DNA from: Octopus vulgaris
Taxonomy: Eukaryota
Assembly: GCA_951406725.2 (NCBI GenBank)
Contig: OX597834.1
Coordinates: 34,844,001-34,908,000 of the forward strand
DNA length: 64,000 nucleotides
Reading direction: 5' to 3'
Shown here: positions 36,851 through 50,583 of the stretch, piece after piece
How the letters are laid out: every line of letters starts with the position of its first letter
Position numbering within the stretch: position 1 is the stretch's first letter
Translations under genes and position numbers: made by a program
Notes under the pieces: generated by a model
Database searches by the model: none
Told to the model about the DNA's origin: nothing
What the model saw: only the letters and a program-made list of their open reading frames with translations

Positions 36851-38205
36851 TGGCAGGATAGACAGATATTTTGGATGATGTCACACCAACAGTCATGATT
36901 CTACTCACTGATAACAATATCCAACTTATATTTTAACCCTGGAAAAGACTGCTTTTTTGTGTTCAAAAATGTAGTTAAAATATATTGTAACTAGTTTAAG
37001 TATTTTATTTCTAAGAAAAACCACAACCCTCTCTTAAGAACCACCACACTTCTACCTTTCGTAATTGTTATAGTAAAAGCTGTCCATCATGTGCTTGACC
37101 AATATTTAGAATTCTGTAAAACAATCTATAATAATTACTTTACACATCACATGACTGACCATCCTACCAAACCACACCACTGATGACCAATTCAGTGACT
37201 GGGTGGATGGACGAGTGTGTAGGCTTGAACCGATTTCATTAAGTAATCTTGTTGCCAGTCAGGTAGTTGAATTAGTATGCTTTACTATGAAATACCAAGG
37301 TTAAGAGTGAATGACTATTAGCTGATTAGTAGTAAAATACAGCCAGCCATTACTAAATGATAAAAATCAAAAACTGAAACAAACCCCTTGCCTCCTTCAT
37401 TCAACCTCCATTTCTCTCTTGCTTAATGTTTTGGCTCTCCCCCACCGCTCTCCTCCTCTTCATTTCTATTTTCGTTCTACTTTCACTTCAATTCATTCTC
37501 TCTCTCTCTCTAGCCCCCCCCCCCCGTCATTACCTACACTCCGATTAATTTATGAATGCTTTTTACTTAAATATTTTAATTAAACTTCTGGGTGTGCAGT
37601 GTCTGCCTCCTTCCTTTACCTTTTGTTTCTTCCCCCTCCTCCTCCTCCTATCCCCATTTTGTCTAGTTCCAGTTACTGGTTCTTTCCAACTTCCCTCTCC
37701 CCAGTTCCGTGTTTCCTTCTCGCTCCTTCATCTACCGGCCATGTCTATACGCCACCCTGAAACTCTGTCGTACACAAACTGCATCTCTTAGATTGCTTAC
37801 ATCCCTATACCCTGACAGTTTGGTATAAGTATAAGTACCAGATTTGCCCCAGCATGGCCACAGTACATTGACTGAAACAAGTAAAAGACAAACAACAAAT
37901 GTTGTCAGTTTTATATATATATATATATATATATGTATACACACGATAGGCTTTTTTCAGTTTCTGTCTACCAAATCCACTCACAAAGCCCGAGACTATA
38001 GTAAAAGACACTTGCCCAAGACGCCATGCAGTGGGACTGAACCTGGAACCATGTGGTTGGTAAGCAAGCTATTTACCACACAGTCATTCCTGCACCTATA
38101 GGAAATTTTGGTGTAAGATAATTTCACCTTATAGATAATTTTGAAGATATGGCAGGCAACCTGATTTGGAAAGATTGCATCTCAGACAAAAAATTGCCTT
38201 TTATA

Positions 38206-38257
<52 letters not shown>

Positions 38258-39259
38258 TTTTTATAATTCTGTTTTAGATTTAACTGTTTTTTTGCTTTCT
38301 TTTTGTTCTTTGTAAATGTTATCATATTTTATATTGTTTTACTTAACACAAAGTGCAACAAGTCACAGTTGTGGCCGTCAGTCACAGGTCGACAGGCCAT
38401 GATCATGGCCCTAGAGATGCATTTAATTTATGGGCATTTGTGGGGGTCTAACATCACTCAAATGCTTTGATACCCCCAGAATGCAGGAGGACTAATAGTT
38501 CAACTAATGACTTTTCAGATGATCTAAAACTTGCCACTATTATATACTAAGAAGATATTTTAACTATTTGTTTGTTTTTTATGTCTGTATGGTTGTCTCA
38601 TCTTCATAAAATGTCCTCAGCAGCCCATGCTATGTAAGTGCAAATCCCAGCGCTTTATGGGTTAAGCAGAATCCTTTTTTGAAAACATTATCCTCTTTTA
38701 CATTGCTTTATAGGGTTTCATTGACCAAACTGAGCTTAATATTTATCTTATTTATCTTTAGCTTTGCTACATAGACAAATATAATAGACAAGTTGCTTGA
38801 AACAATTGACGAACTTTCCTATGGCCAAATATCCTGAGACAAATTTTCCTGTGGTAAAAATGCTTGCAGCAAACTTTCCGGATACAACAGTTTCCGTATC
38901 CTAAATTTACTCATATGGCTTCAGTTGGCCCAGGGCCATGGTAGAAAACACTTGTCCAAGGTGATGCACGGTGGGAATGAACCCAAAACAACATGTCTGC
39001 AACACAAAGTTCTTAACCACACAGCCATGTTGGTGTCTGATTCTTAGAATCTGCTAATTTTGGTGTTTGAACAACTAAGTAAAAACCTACTCGTAGACAA
39101 TTAGATGTACTTCACAGATGACAGAAACTAAAGGCAGTGGTGCTTACACAACAGTTGCTGTTGTTGCTGTTGTTGTTGTGTCTTTGACTTATTAGACAAA
39201 ATAAAAATAGATTTTTTTCCTTTTTTCAAAATCTCCTCTATGAAACAAACACATTTGCC

Positions 39260-40090
39260 ATCACCACCACCACCACCACCACTCCTATAATGATTACTAC
39301 TACAACCACCACCACCACAATCTCTGCTGCTGCCACCACTGACACTACTACTACTACTACCACAACCACCACTCTTATACTACTACTACTACCACCACAA
39401 TTACCACTCCTATACTACTACAACCATAACTACAATCACTGCCACCACCATCACCACTACAATCATAACTGTTGCTACCACCATCATTACTACTACTAAT
39501 ACCAACCACCATTACTACTACCACCGTCACCACCACCACGACTACTACCACCATTAATACTACTACTACTACTACCACCACCACCACCACTTTAATGCAC
39601 TACTACTACTACAACATATCACTAATACAGCAGCTACTACCACTTCGACACACTGTCAATACAAGCCACTACCACCACCTCAACATACCATCGTTGTTAC
39701 AAACATGCCACCACAATCACCACCACTACAACCCACCCATACAATACAGAGAGACACAAACATTACCATTTTCAATACCACCATCATCATCACAGCCCCC
39801 CCCCCACACACATGCAAGCATGTACAACTACCACCACCATCATAACAACATGCTACCATCATCATTACCCCCCCCCCCCCGCAAATCTCACCACCACATA
39901 CTACCATCACCCTCCCCTCCCATACACATGCACCCCCCCACCACAACATACTACCATCCCCCCACACACACAACTACCACTACCGCCACCACAACATATT
40001 ACCATCACCCCCCACACATGCACAACCACCATCACCCCTCCCCCCACACATACTACCATCACTTTCACCCCACCCACCCACACACGCACA
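39260..40090. repeat. (CAC)/(TAC) trinucleotide low-complexity tract
   Basis: Gives poly-Thr/His/Pro pseudo-ORFs. Confidence 0.9.
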
Positions 40091-42011
40091 CAAAAATGAC
40101 TAAATCTGAATCTAATGATTTTCCTTGCGTTCCTTGGTTAACCGAAGATCAACCGAGTTCCCCTTCCTCTCCCTGACCCCACACACAGCAAAGATTCTAA
40201 TTTAGCATCAGAGATCGTCTAAAAACAGCATGAGGTGAGGCTAAAAATAGTTCCGATGCCAGCAACCAGGAACTACCAAGTCAAGGGGAAACACTTGTAA
40301 TTCATTCATTCATTTCTTTCCTTCTTTCTTTCTTAGTTCATTCATTTATTTTATTTATGAATGAATGAATGGATGGATGATTGGGTGAGTAGATGGATGA
40401 CTGGAGGAAGAAATACTAGCAATAAAGCTTTAGAGTTTGGTTTGCTGGTTCACTGGAAAGCAATTACTTGGAGGTAACAGCATAACAGGAGAAGCACTGT
40501 AGACTCATTGGTGACTCCCCTCTTTCTCTCTATCTGTCTGTCCGTCTGTTTACCTGAATATATATGCATGTGTGTGTGTGCACATGTGCATCTGGGGGAC
40601 AGGGTGTCTGTAAGTGTATGCACGTGTGTGTGTGATGTATGCATTGGTTGGGGAGTCTGTGAGTGTTTGTATCTGTGTGTGCATGCAAGTGTGTAAATAT
40701 AAATATATATAAGTTAACCATCTGCAAAATAGTAACTCTCAGAAACTAGCCAGCCAACCAGACGGACAGCCAGCCAGCCAGTCAACCTACTGACCACCTA
40801 GTAATCAGGCAAATGTGCAAAACTAATACATTCACCAGGAATTGAGATGACCAACTAGCTCTGGATAGTAACCCTCCTCCCTTCCCATCAAAAAATAATA
40901 ATATACCACTCAATATAAACTAGTGAATGGTGACTTCAAAATAAGAAGTAGATGGGATCAGAAACAGAAACATAATCTGGAAAAGGAGGAATTTTGAAGT
41001 TGGAAGAATCTTCAGTCAGATCTAGACTCAAAAAAGGATTATGAGACATTTTGGTTCCATTGATTTGATGATGACTTACTTGACATCAGACGTTTTACTG
41101 TTTCTCTCATCCTCTCTCTTTCTCTTTTTGTATTTATGTGTGTGAGTATATTTCTTTTTATGCCTCTGAGGAGAGGGAAAGCATTTATGTCAATCTGTCA
41201 ACATCATGTATCGTAAGCTTTTCAGCACACTGATGACGCTACAGCAAAACTCTTCCTGATTAAGCACAAGTTCTCTCACCTCATCACTATCATTATTATC
41301 ATTGTTTTTCAGCTCCACCCAATCACTCCTGCCCACTCTTCTAAAATGTGAGAAGTCAAATAGCTCCCTTACAACAAGAAACTCATTCTGCACCAGCCAT
41401 TTTTCTCTCATACTTTTACCCCTTATCTTCTAGCATAAAACTATTCTCTTAGGATCCACAGTTTTGCAAACTGCAAGATGACCTCACTAGCACTGGTAGC
41501 ACAGAAAAAAGACACAATACATATTGTAAAGTGGTTTTGGCATTAGGAAGGGCATCCAGTTATAGAACCCAAACTAAAACAGACAGCAGAGCATGATGCA
41601 ATCCTTGGGCCCATTGGATCCTATCAAACCACCCAACCAATCCCAGCTTGGAACACAGATGTTAAATAATGATGATGAAAATATATATATATGAGACCCC
41701 CTTCGGTCACGACACAGACCATGGGATTGCACCTAGAAAGTTACCCTCCCAGGCACAAGTCCAGGCAAGGTTGTTTATGGAAGACCAGCAGTCGCCCATG
41801 CATACCGGCCTCTCCTCTCCACACCACCAGTGTTATCCAAGGGAAAGGCAACGGCCAATACAGCTTCGGAACTCATTTCTACAGCTGAGTGAATTGGAGC
41901 AATGTGAAATAAAGTGTCTTGCTCAAGAACACAACACGCAGCAAGGTCTGAGATTGGAGCTCACAACCTCACGATCATAAGCTTGACGTTCTAACCACTG
42001 AGTCATGCGCC

Positions 42012-42062
<51 letters not shown>

Positions 42063-42310
42063 TCATATGTACATGCATATATACACACAGGATGATGTGT
42101 AAGTGAAAAGAGAGTAGCTATTCCATTATCAGGTGGGATTAGCTATACTGTAATATTTAGGTTTGAGTGTAAAGAGACTGAGGCAATGTAGGTGAGGGTA
42201 GGGGTTAAAGGAAGAGGTGGAAGGATGGGTGAAAGATACTACTACTACTACTACTACTAGTAGTAGCAGCAGCAGCAGTAGTAGTAGTAGAAATAACAAA
42301 CAAAATATAT

Positions 42311-44150
42311 AAAAAGATATTCTATTTTGGTTTAATAAGACAAATAACTATAAAGATCGTGGGTGGGAAATATCAGTTTAGAAAGGATGATAATGATGAT
42401 GAAGATGATGGTGGTGGTTGTGGTAGTAGTAGTAATAGTAAAGAAGAAAGGGATGAGGTGAGACTTCCTTCTTCATTTTCTTCTTATTATTATTGTTATC
42501 ATTCTCCTCCTCCTCTCCCCTCCCCCCATCATCAACTCACCTGCTACCACCGGAACAATATTGGTAATTACAGAGAAAACTAGCTTCCAACCGATAATTA
42601 GGCTGTTAATTAAATGGTAGATTGGTGGTACGACTTCTCCCAGACCTTGCAGCTAGAAGCATTACAAGGCTTTAGTTGCTTATATAAAACAGACACACAC
42701 ACACACACACAAACAAACAACAAAACACACACACACACACACACACACAAACAAACACACATGAAGGTGCATGGCTCAGTGGTTAGAGCATTGGGATCCC
42801 AATCATGGGGTAATGAGTTCCTGGACCGGGTTGTGTTTGTGTTCTTGAGCAAGACACTTTATTTCACATTGCTCCAATATACTCAGCCATAGAAATGAGT
42901 TGCAATATCACTGGTACAAAGCCTGTTTCAGCCTTTGCCTTTCTCTTGGATTACATCAGTGGTGTGGAGAGAGTGGGGTGGCTGGTATGCATGGGTGACT
43001 GCTGGTCTTCCATGACACAACCTTGGGATCTTTGTGGCTTTCATCACTTTTTACAATTATCTTTAAAAGATTTTCTTAATGTAATTTTTGATGCTGATTC
43101 TGAATTTGTTATTCATTTATTCTAGAATAATTTTGCAAGGAGCTTGCTTCCTAACTACATGGTTTCGGGTTCAGTCCCACTGCATGACACTTTGGGTAGA
43201 TGTCTTCCACTATAGCCCTGAGCCGACCGGAGCTTTGTGATTGAATTCGGTAGGTGGAAGTTACTGCCGTGTGTGTATGTGTGCGTATAGCTGCTCAGTG
43301 CCTCTCCGAAAGAGAGAGAGGGTTTCAGGTATTCAAAGTTTGATAATTTTTAAAATTTTCAGCCAATCAGAAAACAGCATGTTCACTGCATCTTCCATCA
43401 TCAGTGGGGAGAAGCATCGTCATGTCAAAACATTAAACTAGGATTTTATAAAATAAATCATCTTTCTCATATCTCCTTATGCATATGTGCAGCATCTTTG
43501 GTTCCTATGGAAACAGTTCTTCACAATCATCTATACAACATGTGGTGCTTCTTTGGTTTGGTTACTATGGAAATAGTATGTAAAATACTTGCTTCTGATT
43601 GGCTATGTGGAGCAATGTGAAATAAAGTGTCTTGCTCAAGAACACAAACACAACCCGGTCCAGGAACTCATTACCCCATGATTGGGATCCCAATGCTCTA
43701 ACCGCTGAGCCATGCACCTTCATGCGTGTTTGTTTGTTTGTGTGTTTGTTTGTTTGTGTGTGTGTGTGTGTCTGTTTTATATAAGCAACTAAAGCCTTGT
43801 AATGCTTCTAGCTGCAAGGTCTGGGAGAAGTCGTACCACCAATCTACCATCTAATTAACAGCCTAATTATCGGTTGGAAGCTAGTTTTCTCTGTAATTAC
43901 CAATATTGTTCCGGTGGTAGCAGGTGAGTTGATGATGGGGGGAGGGGAGAGGAGGAGGAAAATGATAACAATAATGAGAAGAAGAAAATGAAGAAGGAAG
44001 TCTCACCTCATCCCTTTCTTCTTTACTATTACTACTACTACTACCACCATCATCATCATCATCATCATCATGCACCTTTCCAAACTGATGTTTCCCACCC
44101 ACGATCTTTATAGTTATTTGTCTTATTAAACCAAAATAGAATATCTTTTT
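42311..44150. repeat. Inverted duplication: 42311-42876 vs 43608-44150, spacer ~730 bp
   Basis: Arms are reverse complements across unique sequence, microsatellites and a SINE 5' part; the ORF track shows the same peptide KEERDEVRLPSSFSS...RNNIGNYREN on both strands. Confidence 0.95.
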
Positions 44151-44819
44151 GATTATGGATTTATAGGAAAAATGAATTTCATATTTCATAATTAATATAC
44201 AAAACTTAATCCATATACCAAACTTGAAAACATCTGGAACAAAATTGTAAACAGTTAGAAAACCACAAAGATCCCATCTTTGCCTGGACTTGTGCTTTGG
44301 AGGAAAACTTTCAAGGTGCAATCCCATAGTCATTCATGACTGAAGAGACCTTTATTCTCTCAAAGACCACCACACTTCTGCCTTTTATAATCACCTGGGT
44401 TGGCCAGGCTGTTTGGTTTTGAGTCAGCTCCGCTGGCCACAGCTTTCACTCCATTCCCCTCATGCCATGAAAGAGAATGGCCTTTTATAATGGGAAAGTA
44501 AGAAGTTGTCCATCATGTGCTTGACCAATATATAGAATTCTGTGACAGGTGTGGTCGCCAAATAACTTGCAAGACAAGAAGCCTCACCTGAGGAGACGTG
44601 TGGTATTGAAACAGGTAGCTTTATATCAGGTATGATAGCAGGACAAATTGTTGTACAAAAAAAAAAAAGGTGGTGGTGGTGGAGGTGGGGAACTAAGGAC
44701 ACATTGAATAATGCATTCCCAAATACACTGTGTCTAAATAAAAGATGGCTCAATCATGATTAGAGAGTCCCTTAAACTGAGCTGATCTGGGATCACACGA
44801 CAACAATGATAACAACAAC

Positions 44820-44975
44820 ACTTACCTCACTCGAACGGCTTTCAATGAAAGACGGAAATAGTTTCCAATAAAATTTTTCAAAGGCGGTTAGTGGTTGATT
44901 TGTAAATAAGGACGGCTGGTGGTTGATTTGAAAACAAGGACTTACCTATAAGGAAAAGAAGAGAAAAGAAACTTT
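44820..44975 (-). other. Candidate recursive splice site (ratchet point) with 120-nt RS-exon (44945-44826)
   Basis: Minus strand tttcttttctcttcttttccttatAG|GTAAGT at 44946/44945, with a second donor GAG|GTAAGT at 44826/44825. Confidence 0.55.
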
Positions 44976-45265
44976 AATAACATTCTGCATAGTTAAGGTT
45001 TTATGTTTAATTTTTATTACTCGCTGACCACGTGCCGTCAATAATGACAGCTAATTGTAGTATTTTATATATAAATAAAGTACATAATAATCACACATAC
45101 AAACATTCACATACTTTCCTTGTACACGCACTTTTCACCCCTTCCTTTCTCTCATTGCTGTTACTTTCTCTCACTTCCTCTCAGTCAGGACTATTACTCT
45201 CACTACTTCTCCTTCACAGAATTACTGTTTTTTCTCCTCCTCCCCACCAGCGTGATTCTGGGCAG

Positions 45266-45297
<32 letters not shown>

Positions 45298-46694
45298 GGC
45301 CGATGCCAGCGCTGCCTCGACTGGCTTCTGTGCCGGTGGCATGTAAAAAGCACCAACCGATCGTGGCCGTTGCCAGCCTCCCCTGGCACGTAAAAAGCAC
45401 CCACTACACTCATTATTGTATTAGGACATTATCATTATTACTACATACCATATACACCCCAAGAACAACATACACTTTTACTTCTGCTGAAATCAAGATT
45501 AAAATTAGGGGTGTGTATAACATGTGGTACAAGGCTACAGAGTACACCACCACCACCACCACCAATTTTCAAAAGAAAATTATACAACAATGTAAAAAAG
45601 CTACATATTTTAGATTAGATTACAGTTTTCTTATCCCCCTCCTCCTCCTCATGATCATCATCCTCATCATTGCAGCTATCATCACCACTGCAGCCTCTAT
45701 TATTGTTTTAATGTCCACTTTCCCAATTTTTTTCTTTAAAGCCTGACACTTATTCTATTGGTCTCCTTTGCCAAACTAAGTTATAAGGGACACAAACACA
45801 CCAACACCAGTTGCCAAGTAGTGATGGAGCTCAATCACAAATACACAAAGACACACACACTGGTATATATATATATGTATATAATGGGCTTCTTTCAGTT
45901 TCTGTCCATCAGATCCATCAAAGCCTGAGGCTATACTGAAAGACACTTGTCCAAGGTACCATGCAGTGAGACTGAACCCAGAACCATGTGGTTGGAAAGC
46001 AAATTTCTTACCACACAGCCATGCTTGCGCCTGTTTGTATCTAAATCGAAACCTTTCATTATAGTTTTGTCTAATAAACTCTTTGTTAAATTATGTTGCA
46101 AACACCAGGTTAATATCTTTATGTTCCTATGTTTAAGTTGAAATATGCCGTCTTCGTTCAAAATTAGTTTTGAAAAATAATGAAGAATTTATTAAACAAA
46201 CTTTGTCTTTATTAATTTGGTATTCGGAGCAAAAATATGAAATTTAGACGGAAAGTGTTAACTGAGATAATTTTAAAACAGGAAGTTTGTTGGAGAGAGA
46301 GAGCAAGGGGTGGTCTTGAGTGGGTTGGTATCAAAAGGGTTAATAAATGGAAAAGTTAATTACTTGATTAAATCCTTTCAAATACTTGATTACTTTTCAA
46401 AGTTAATTAAAAAGCACAGGGCAATACATTTCATTTGTTATATAGTCATGAAAGGGCTAAAGAACAGTGGGTGGGGGAGATACGAGCCAGTGAAGGAGCT
46501 TCTATATGGTTACATGTTTTGCTAGATATAGCAGTCACATTTCCCCTCACATCATATTCTACTGTTTTACATAAGGGAAGGACAGATCAGATAATGCAGT
46601 TGTGTGTTGTGGCCACAGTTGATCTTGTAGCAGATCCAAAGAGCTATGTTTGCAATTTCAGCTTGTTGCAACCCTGGCTGCCACTCTAATAATT

Positions 46695-46928
46695 TTTATT
46701 TCTTTATTGCCCACAAGGGGGCTAAACATAGAGGGGACAAACAAGGACAGACAAAGGGATTACGTTGATTACATCGACCCCAGTGTATAACTGGTACTTA
46801 TTTAATCGACCCCGAAAGGATGACAGGCTAAGTCAACCTCGGTGGAATTTGAACTCAGAACGTAAAGATGGACGAAATAACACTAAGCATTTTGCCCGGC
46901 GTGCTAATGTTTCTGCCAGCTCACTGCC
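46695..46928 (-). mobile_element. tRNA-derived SINE, family A
   Basis: Reverse complement of the 52675 element; flanking direct repeat ccactctaataatt at 46681 and 46927. Confidence 0.85.
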
Positions 46929-47650
46929 ACTCTAATAATTCTGCCAATCCACCACACTGGTCAGGTAATTTTTATTTTATCCTCCCCTGATTGGATGAAC
47001 TGTTAAGTTGATCTTGGTGGGATTTGAACTTCGAATGCAGAAATAGAAACAAACACTGTGTGACATTCTATCCACCAGGCCAATGACTCTGCCAAGCTAA
47101 CTCCTTCATGTGGTCTTATATACACTTGAAAAGGCAGGATGGTCACAGTTGGTCTGCTAAATAATGGCTGACTGGGGTAAAGTAGCAACAACAACACCAA
47201 CAACAAACACAACTGCCATTCCTCCCAACAATGACAACCACCACCATCACATCAACAACCACCACCTCCACCACCACCACAACACCCACCGTCATTACAC
47301 TGTCTACTGCTGACACCACCCCTACCACTACTACAATCACCACCACCACATCAACGACGACGACGACGACCACCACCACAACAACAACAACAGCAGCAGC
47401 AGCAGCCACTATTGATACCACAACCAACACATTATTAACACAGCAAGAAAACGAGAACTCTCAGCCTAGTTTTCGATAAACAATTTTATAGGAAAAAAAT
47501 TCCATTAAAACTCTTCCATTCAACCAGGAGAATCTTAAAAAAACAGAGTGGAACATTATTCTGAATATGTTTAGTTATTCATGACATTGCATGGATGAAC
47601 ATGAAAGGAAAGTATCTCAGAGAGACTAAGAACAAAAAAAATCCCACTGA

Positions 47651-47686
<36 letters not shown>

Positions 47687-48031
47687 TAATGTTACTTATC
47701 ATTGGGGTATTATTTTATTTCCCACACTCTTCCTCTCATACAGCAAAGACCCACTTGCTGTTGGACCTACTTCCAACAACACCCACTTTCAGACACAGAC
47801 AAGACCACCCTTTATGCTTCCTCAACCTTCCGTGCCAAAGTAATCATCCATGTGTAACAGGGGCACCTTGTGCTGACTCCATGGAACAGAGACCTCAAAA
47901 AAAAAAACAACTTCTAATGGAGTTATACTAGTCGTGTGCAGAACTGGAAGAGATGTCTCCTGGCAGTGGTTCTCAATCTTACTACAGAGACCAGGGAATC
48001 ATAACAAAACAATAAAGTGTATAATATATAA

Positions 48032-48423
48032 CTAGCAGTATCGCCCGGCGTTGCTCAGGTTTGTTTCAACCCTTTAGAATTGGAATTTTTGAAAAGTAAA
48101 AATTTTGCATTATGTAGCTTGTTATTCTCTTCAAGTGAACATTTTTCTGGTTGAAATACACTGAAAAATGGCGACACAGCAGTAAAAAAATCATAAAAAG
48201 AGGGATTTTCATAGAAAAAAAGCGCCTTTTTGATGTAAATAATTTTTGGTGTTAACATGGTCCAATTTGAATTTTTTTCTTCTTCAGAAGGAAGAGCAAG
48301 CCTTCTTCTATCATACTCTCAATTTTGGTCAACTTGCGCAGTAGAGTCTCGAAGGAGATAGTGTTAGTTGAAGGCTACCAAACCTGCCATACACAGACAA
48401 CTTCAGCTTTATATATAGAGAGA
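48032..48423 (-). mobile_element. Non-autonomous Helitron-type element
   Basis: Minus strand begins A|TC(TCTCTATATATAAAG) and ends with a GC hairpin (CCTGAGCAACGCCGGG) followed by CTAG|T; no TSD. Confidence 0.65.
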
Positions 48424-49134
48424 TTTAACTATTCCATAATACATATATGCAGGTGCCATGTAAAAAGCACCTGTGTAGTTACCACATATAATACACCTGT
48501 GCTGGCTCCAAATATAAGCACCTGTTCTGCTACTGCATATACAACACCTGTGCTGGCTCCATATACAAAGCACCCACGATGGTGCCATGTATATAGCACC
48601 CAGTACACTCTGTAAGGTAACTGGTGTTAGGAAGGACAAATTTCAGGCCTTGTGCCTTTAGTAGAAAAGATATTATGCACATAGTGCATATATAATGCAA
48701 AAACACTGTGTAGACTGCAACAATCAATAAAACAGAAATATGATTTTAAAATTCATTCTTTCTGTGCAACCTGGTCCCAAATGATCCCTGTCCTGGTTAG
48801 GGACTCTGGGTCTTATTGAATCTGTTCCAGCCATCTTTTATCTTTATTTTCTGTTTCAGTCATTAGACTGCAGCCATGCTAAGGCACCATCTTGAAGAAT
48901 TTTTGCTAAGCCTGGTACTTACTCTATCGGCCTCTTTCGCTGAACTGCCAGGTTATGGAGATGTAAACATACCACCACCAGCTGTCAAACAGTAGTTGCA
49001 GACAAACACAAGCATGTGTGAATGTATATATATAATAAAAGATAAAATCATTCATGATTTTATCAGGTGGTCAGCATGAAAATAAAAACCTTGCAGGTAA
49101 ATTTTCTAAATACTATATTAATAATTATGTACAG

Positions 49135-49257
49135 AATTATAACAAGGGATCGGAAACCAGTCTCTGTGTTTTTGGAGTTTTGAAGGTGGTTCTTAGCGTC
49201 ATTTGGCATCTATTTTCAGCATGCAGAGAGGCTTGTTTCCGATCCCTTGTTATAATT
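49135..49257. mobile_element. Small MITE-like element with perfect 23-bp TIRs
   Basis: AATTATAACAAGGGATCGGAAAC ... GTTTCCGATCCCTTGTTATAATT. Confidence 0.7.
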
Positions 49258-50156
49258 GCCTGGCCTCCGTGCTGGCATGTAAAAAGCACCATCCGATCGT
49301 GGCTGTTTGCCAGCCTCGTCTGGCACATAAAAAGTACCCACTAGACTCACGGAGTGGTTGGCATATAATATAATATAGTATATATATATATATATATATA
49401 TATGCACATATATATACACACAGAGACATACAATGATGGGCTTCTTTCAGTTTCCATCCATCAAATCCACTCACAAGGCTTTGATTGGCCTAAGGTTATT
49501 GGAGAAGACACTTGCCAAAGGAGCCATGCAATGGGACTGAACCTGAAACCATATGGTGAGGAAATAAGTTTCTTACCTCTGTGTGCATATGTGTATTTTG
49601 ATATTCCACTTAGGCACGAATAACCTGGTGTTAGAACTCAATTTACATACGCTTCAGAGGAAAGCGTTAGTTGAGTACAGAGTGTAATTATGAGATTATA
49701 GAAAAAACAAAGGAACGGGATATTATATAATGAACTTCATGACCTTATAACAGTTTCTGCTATATGATACGATGCTGCACTTATAAGGTGATACACAAGC
49801 ACTCAACTAGGAGTGCAGTGTATCTTACATATATACATACAGACAAATAGACAGATAGATATATAGATAGATAGGTAGATAGATAGATAGGTAGATAGAT
49901 AGATAGGTAGATAGATAGATAGGTAGATAGAGAGACATACACACACAGATACACACTTATACTGTAATATCAATTACATGTGAAGAGAAGATGTCATTTT
50001 TAACAGTGAAACTGTGAAGTAAACGGTCATTGTTAAGATTAAATATCATTTTGACTTGATAAACTGTGTTTGAGACCTTCATACAGAACATGTAAACATG
50101 TTCTGTATCAGTTACAGGAAAACTATAAAACAAGCATAAACATAAATGCATGCATG

Positions 50157-50190
<34 letters not shown>

Positions 50191-50551
50191 GTACTAAGTG
50201 TCACTACTCAAAGAAAGATAGAACTTAATAACATGAGGCATTGAATTTTCCACTTTGTACAATAATGTGTGTGTGTGTGTACACACACTGATCAGTTAAT
50301 TTATCCAAGTGTTGAACTGTATTTATACAAGATAAAAGTTTGAAATGAAAATTGGACTTTGATTTGACAACAGCACACACACACACACGCAGTATGAAAT
50401 AATGTACACAAATTTTTTAACCTGTATTCAAAAGAAGAAATCTTTAACAAGGCAGCTCCTTACTAAAATAATGCCTTGAAAAGTGAGTGGATTCAAAAAT
50501 AAGATCAGGTATAAATCTCCATACCTAAACTCACTCAAGCTTTCCTTTCTT

Positions 50552-50583
<32 letters not shown>

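Noticed and set aside
39472-40176. 234-aa Thr/His/Pro-rich mucin-like ORF (also 47231-47479)
   Set aside because: Translation of a CAC/TAC trinucleotide tract; no signal peptide or splice support.
44585-44620. CTGAGGA...GAAACAGGTA hammerhead-like core (also partial motifs near 49745-49790 and 56190-56225)
   Set aside because: Stems I/II do not pair convincingly or the core is corrupted; at best decayed relics.
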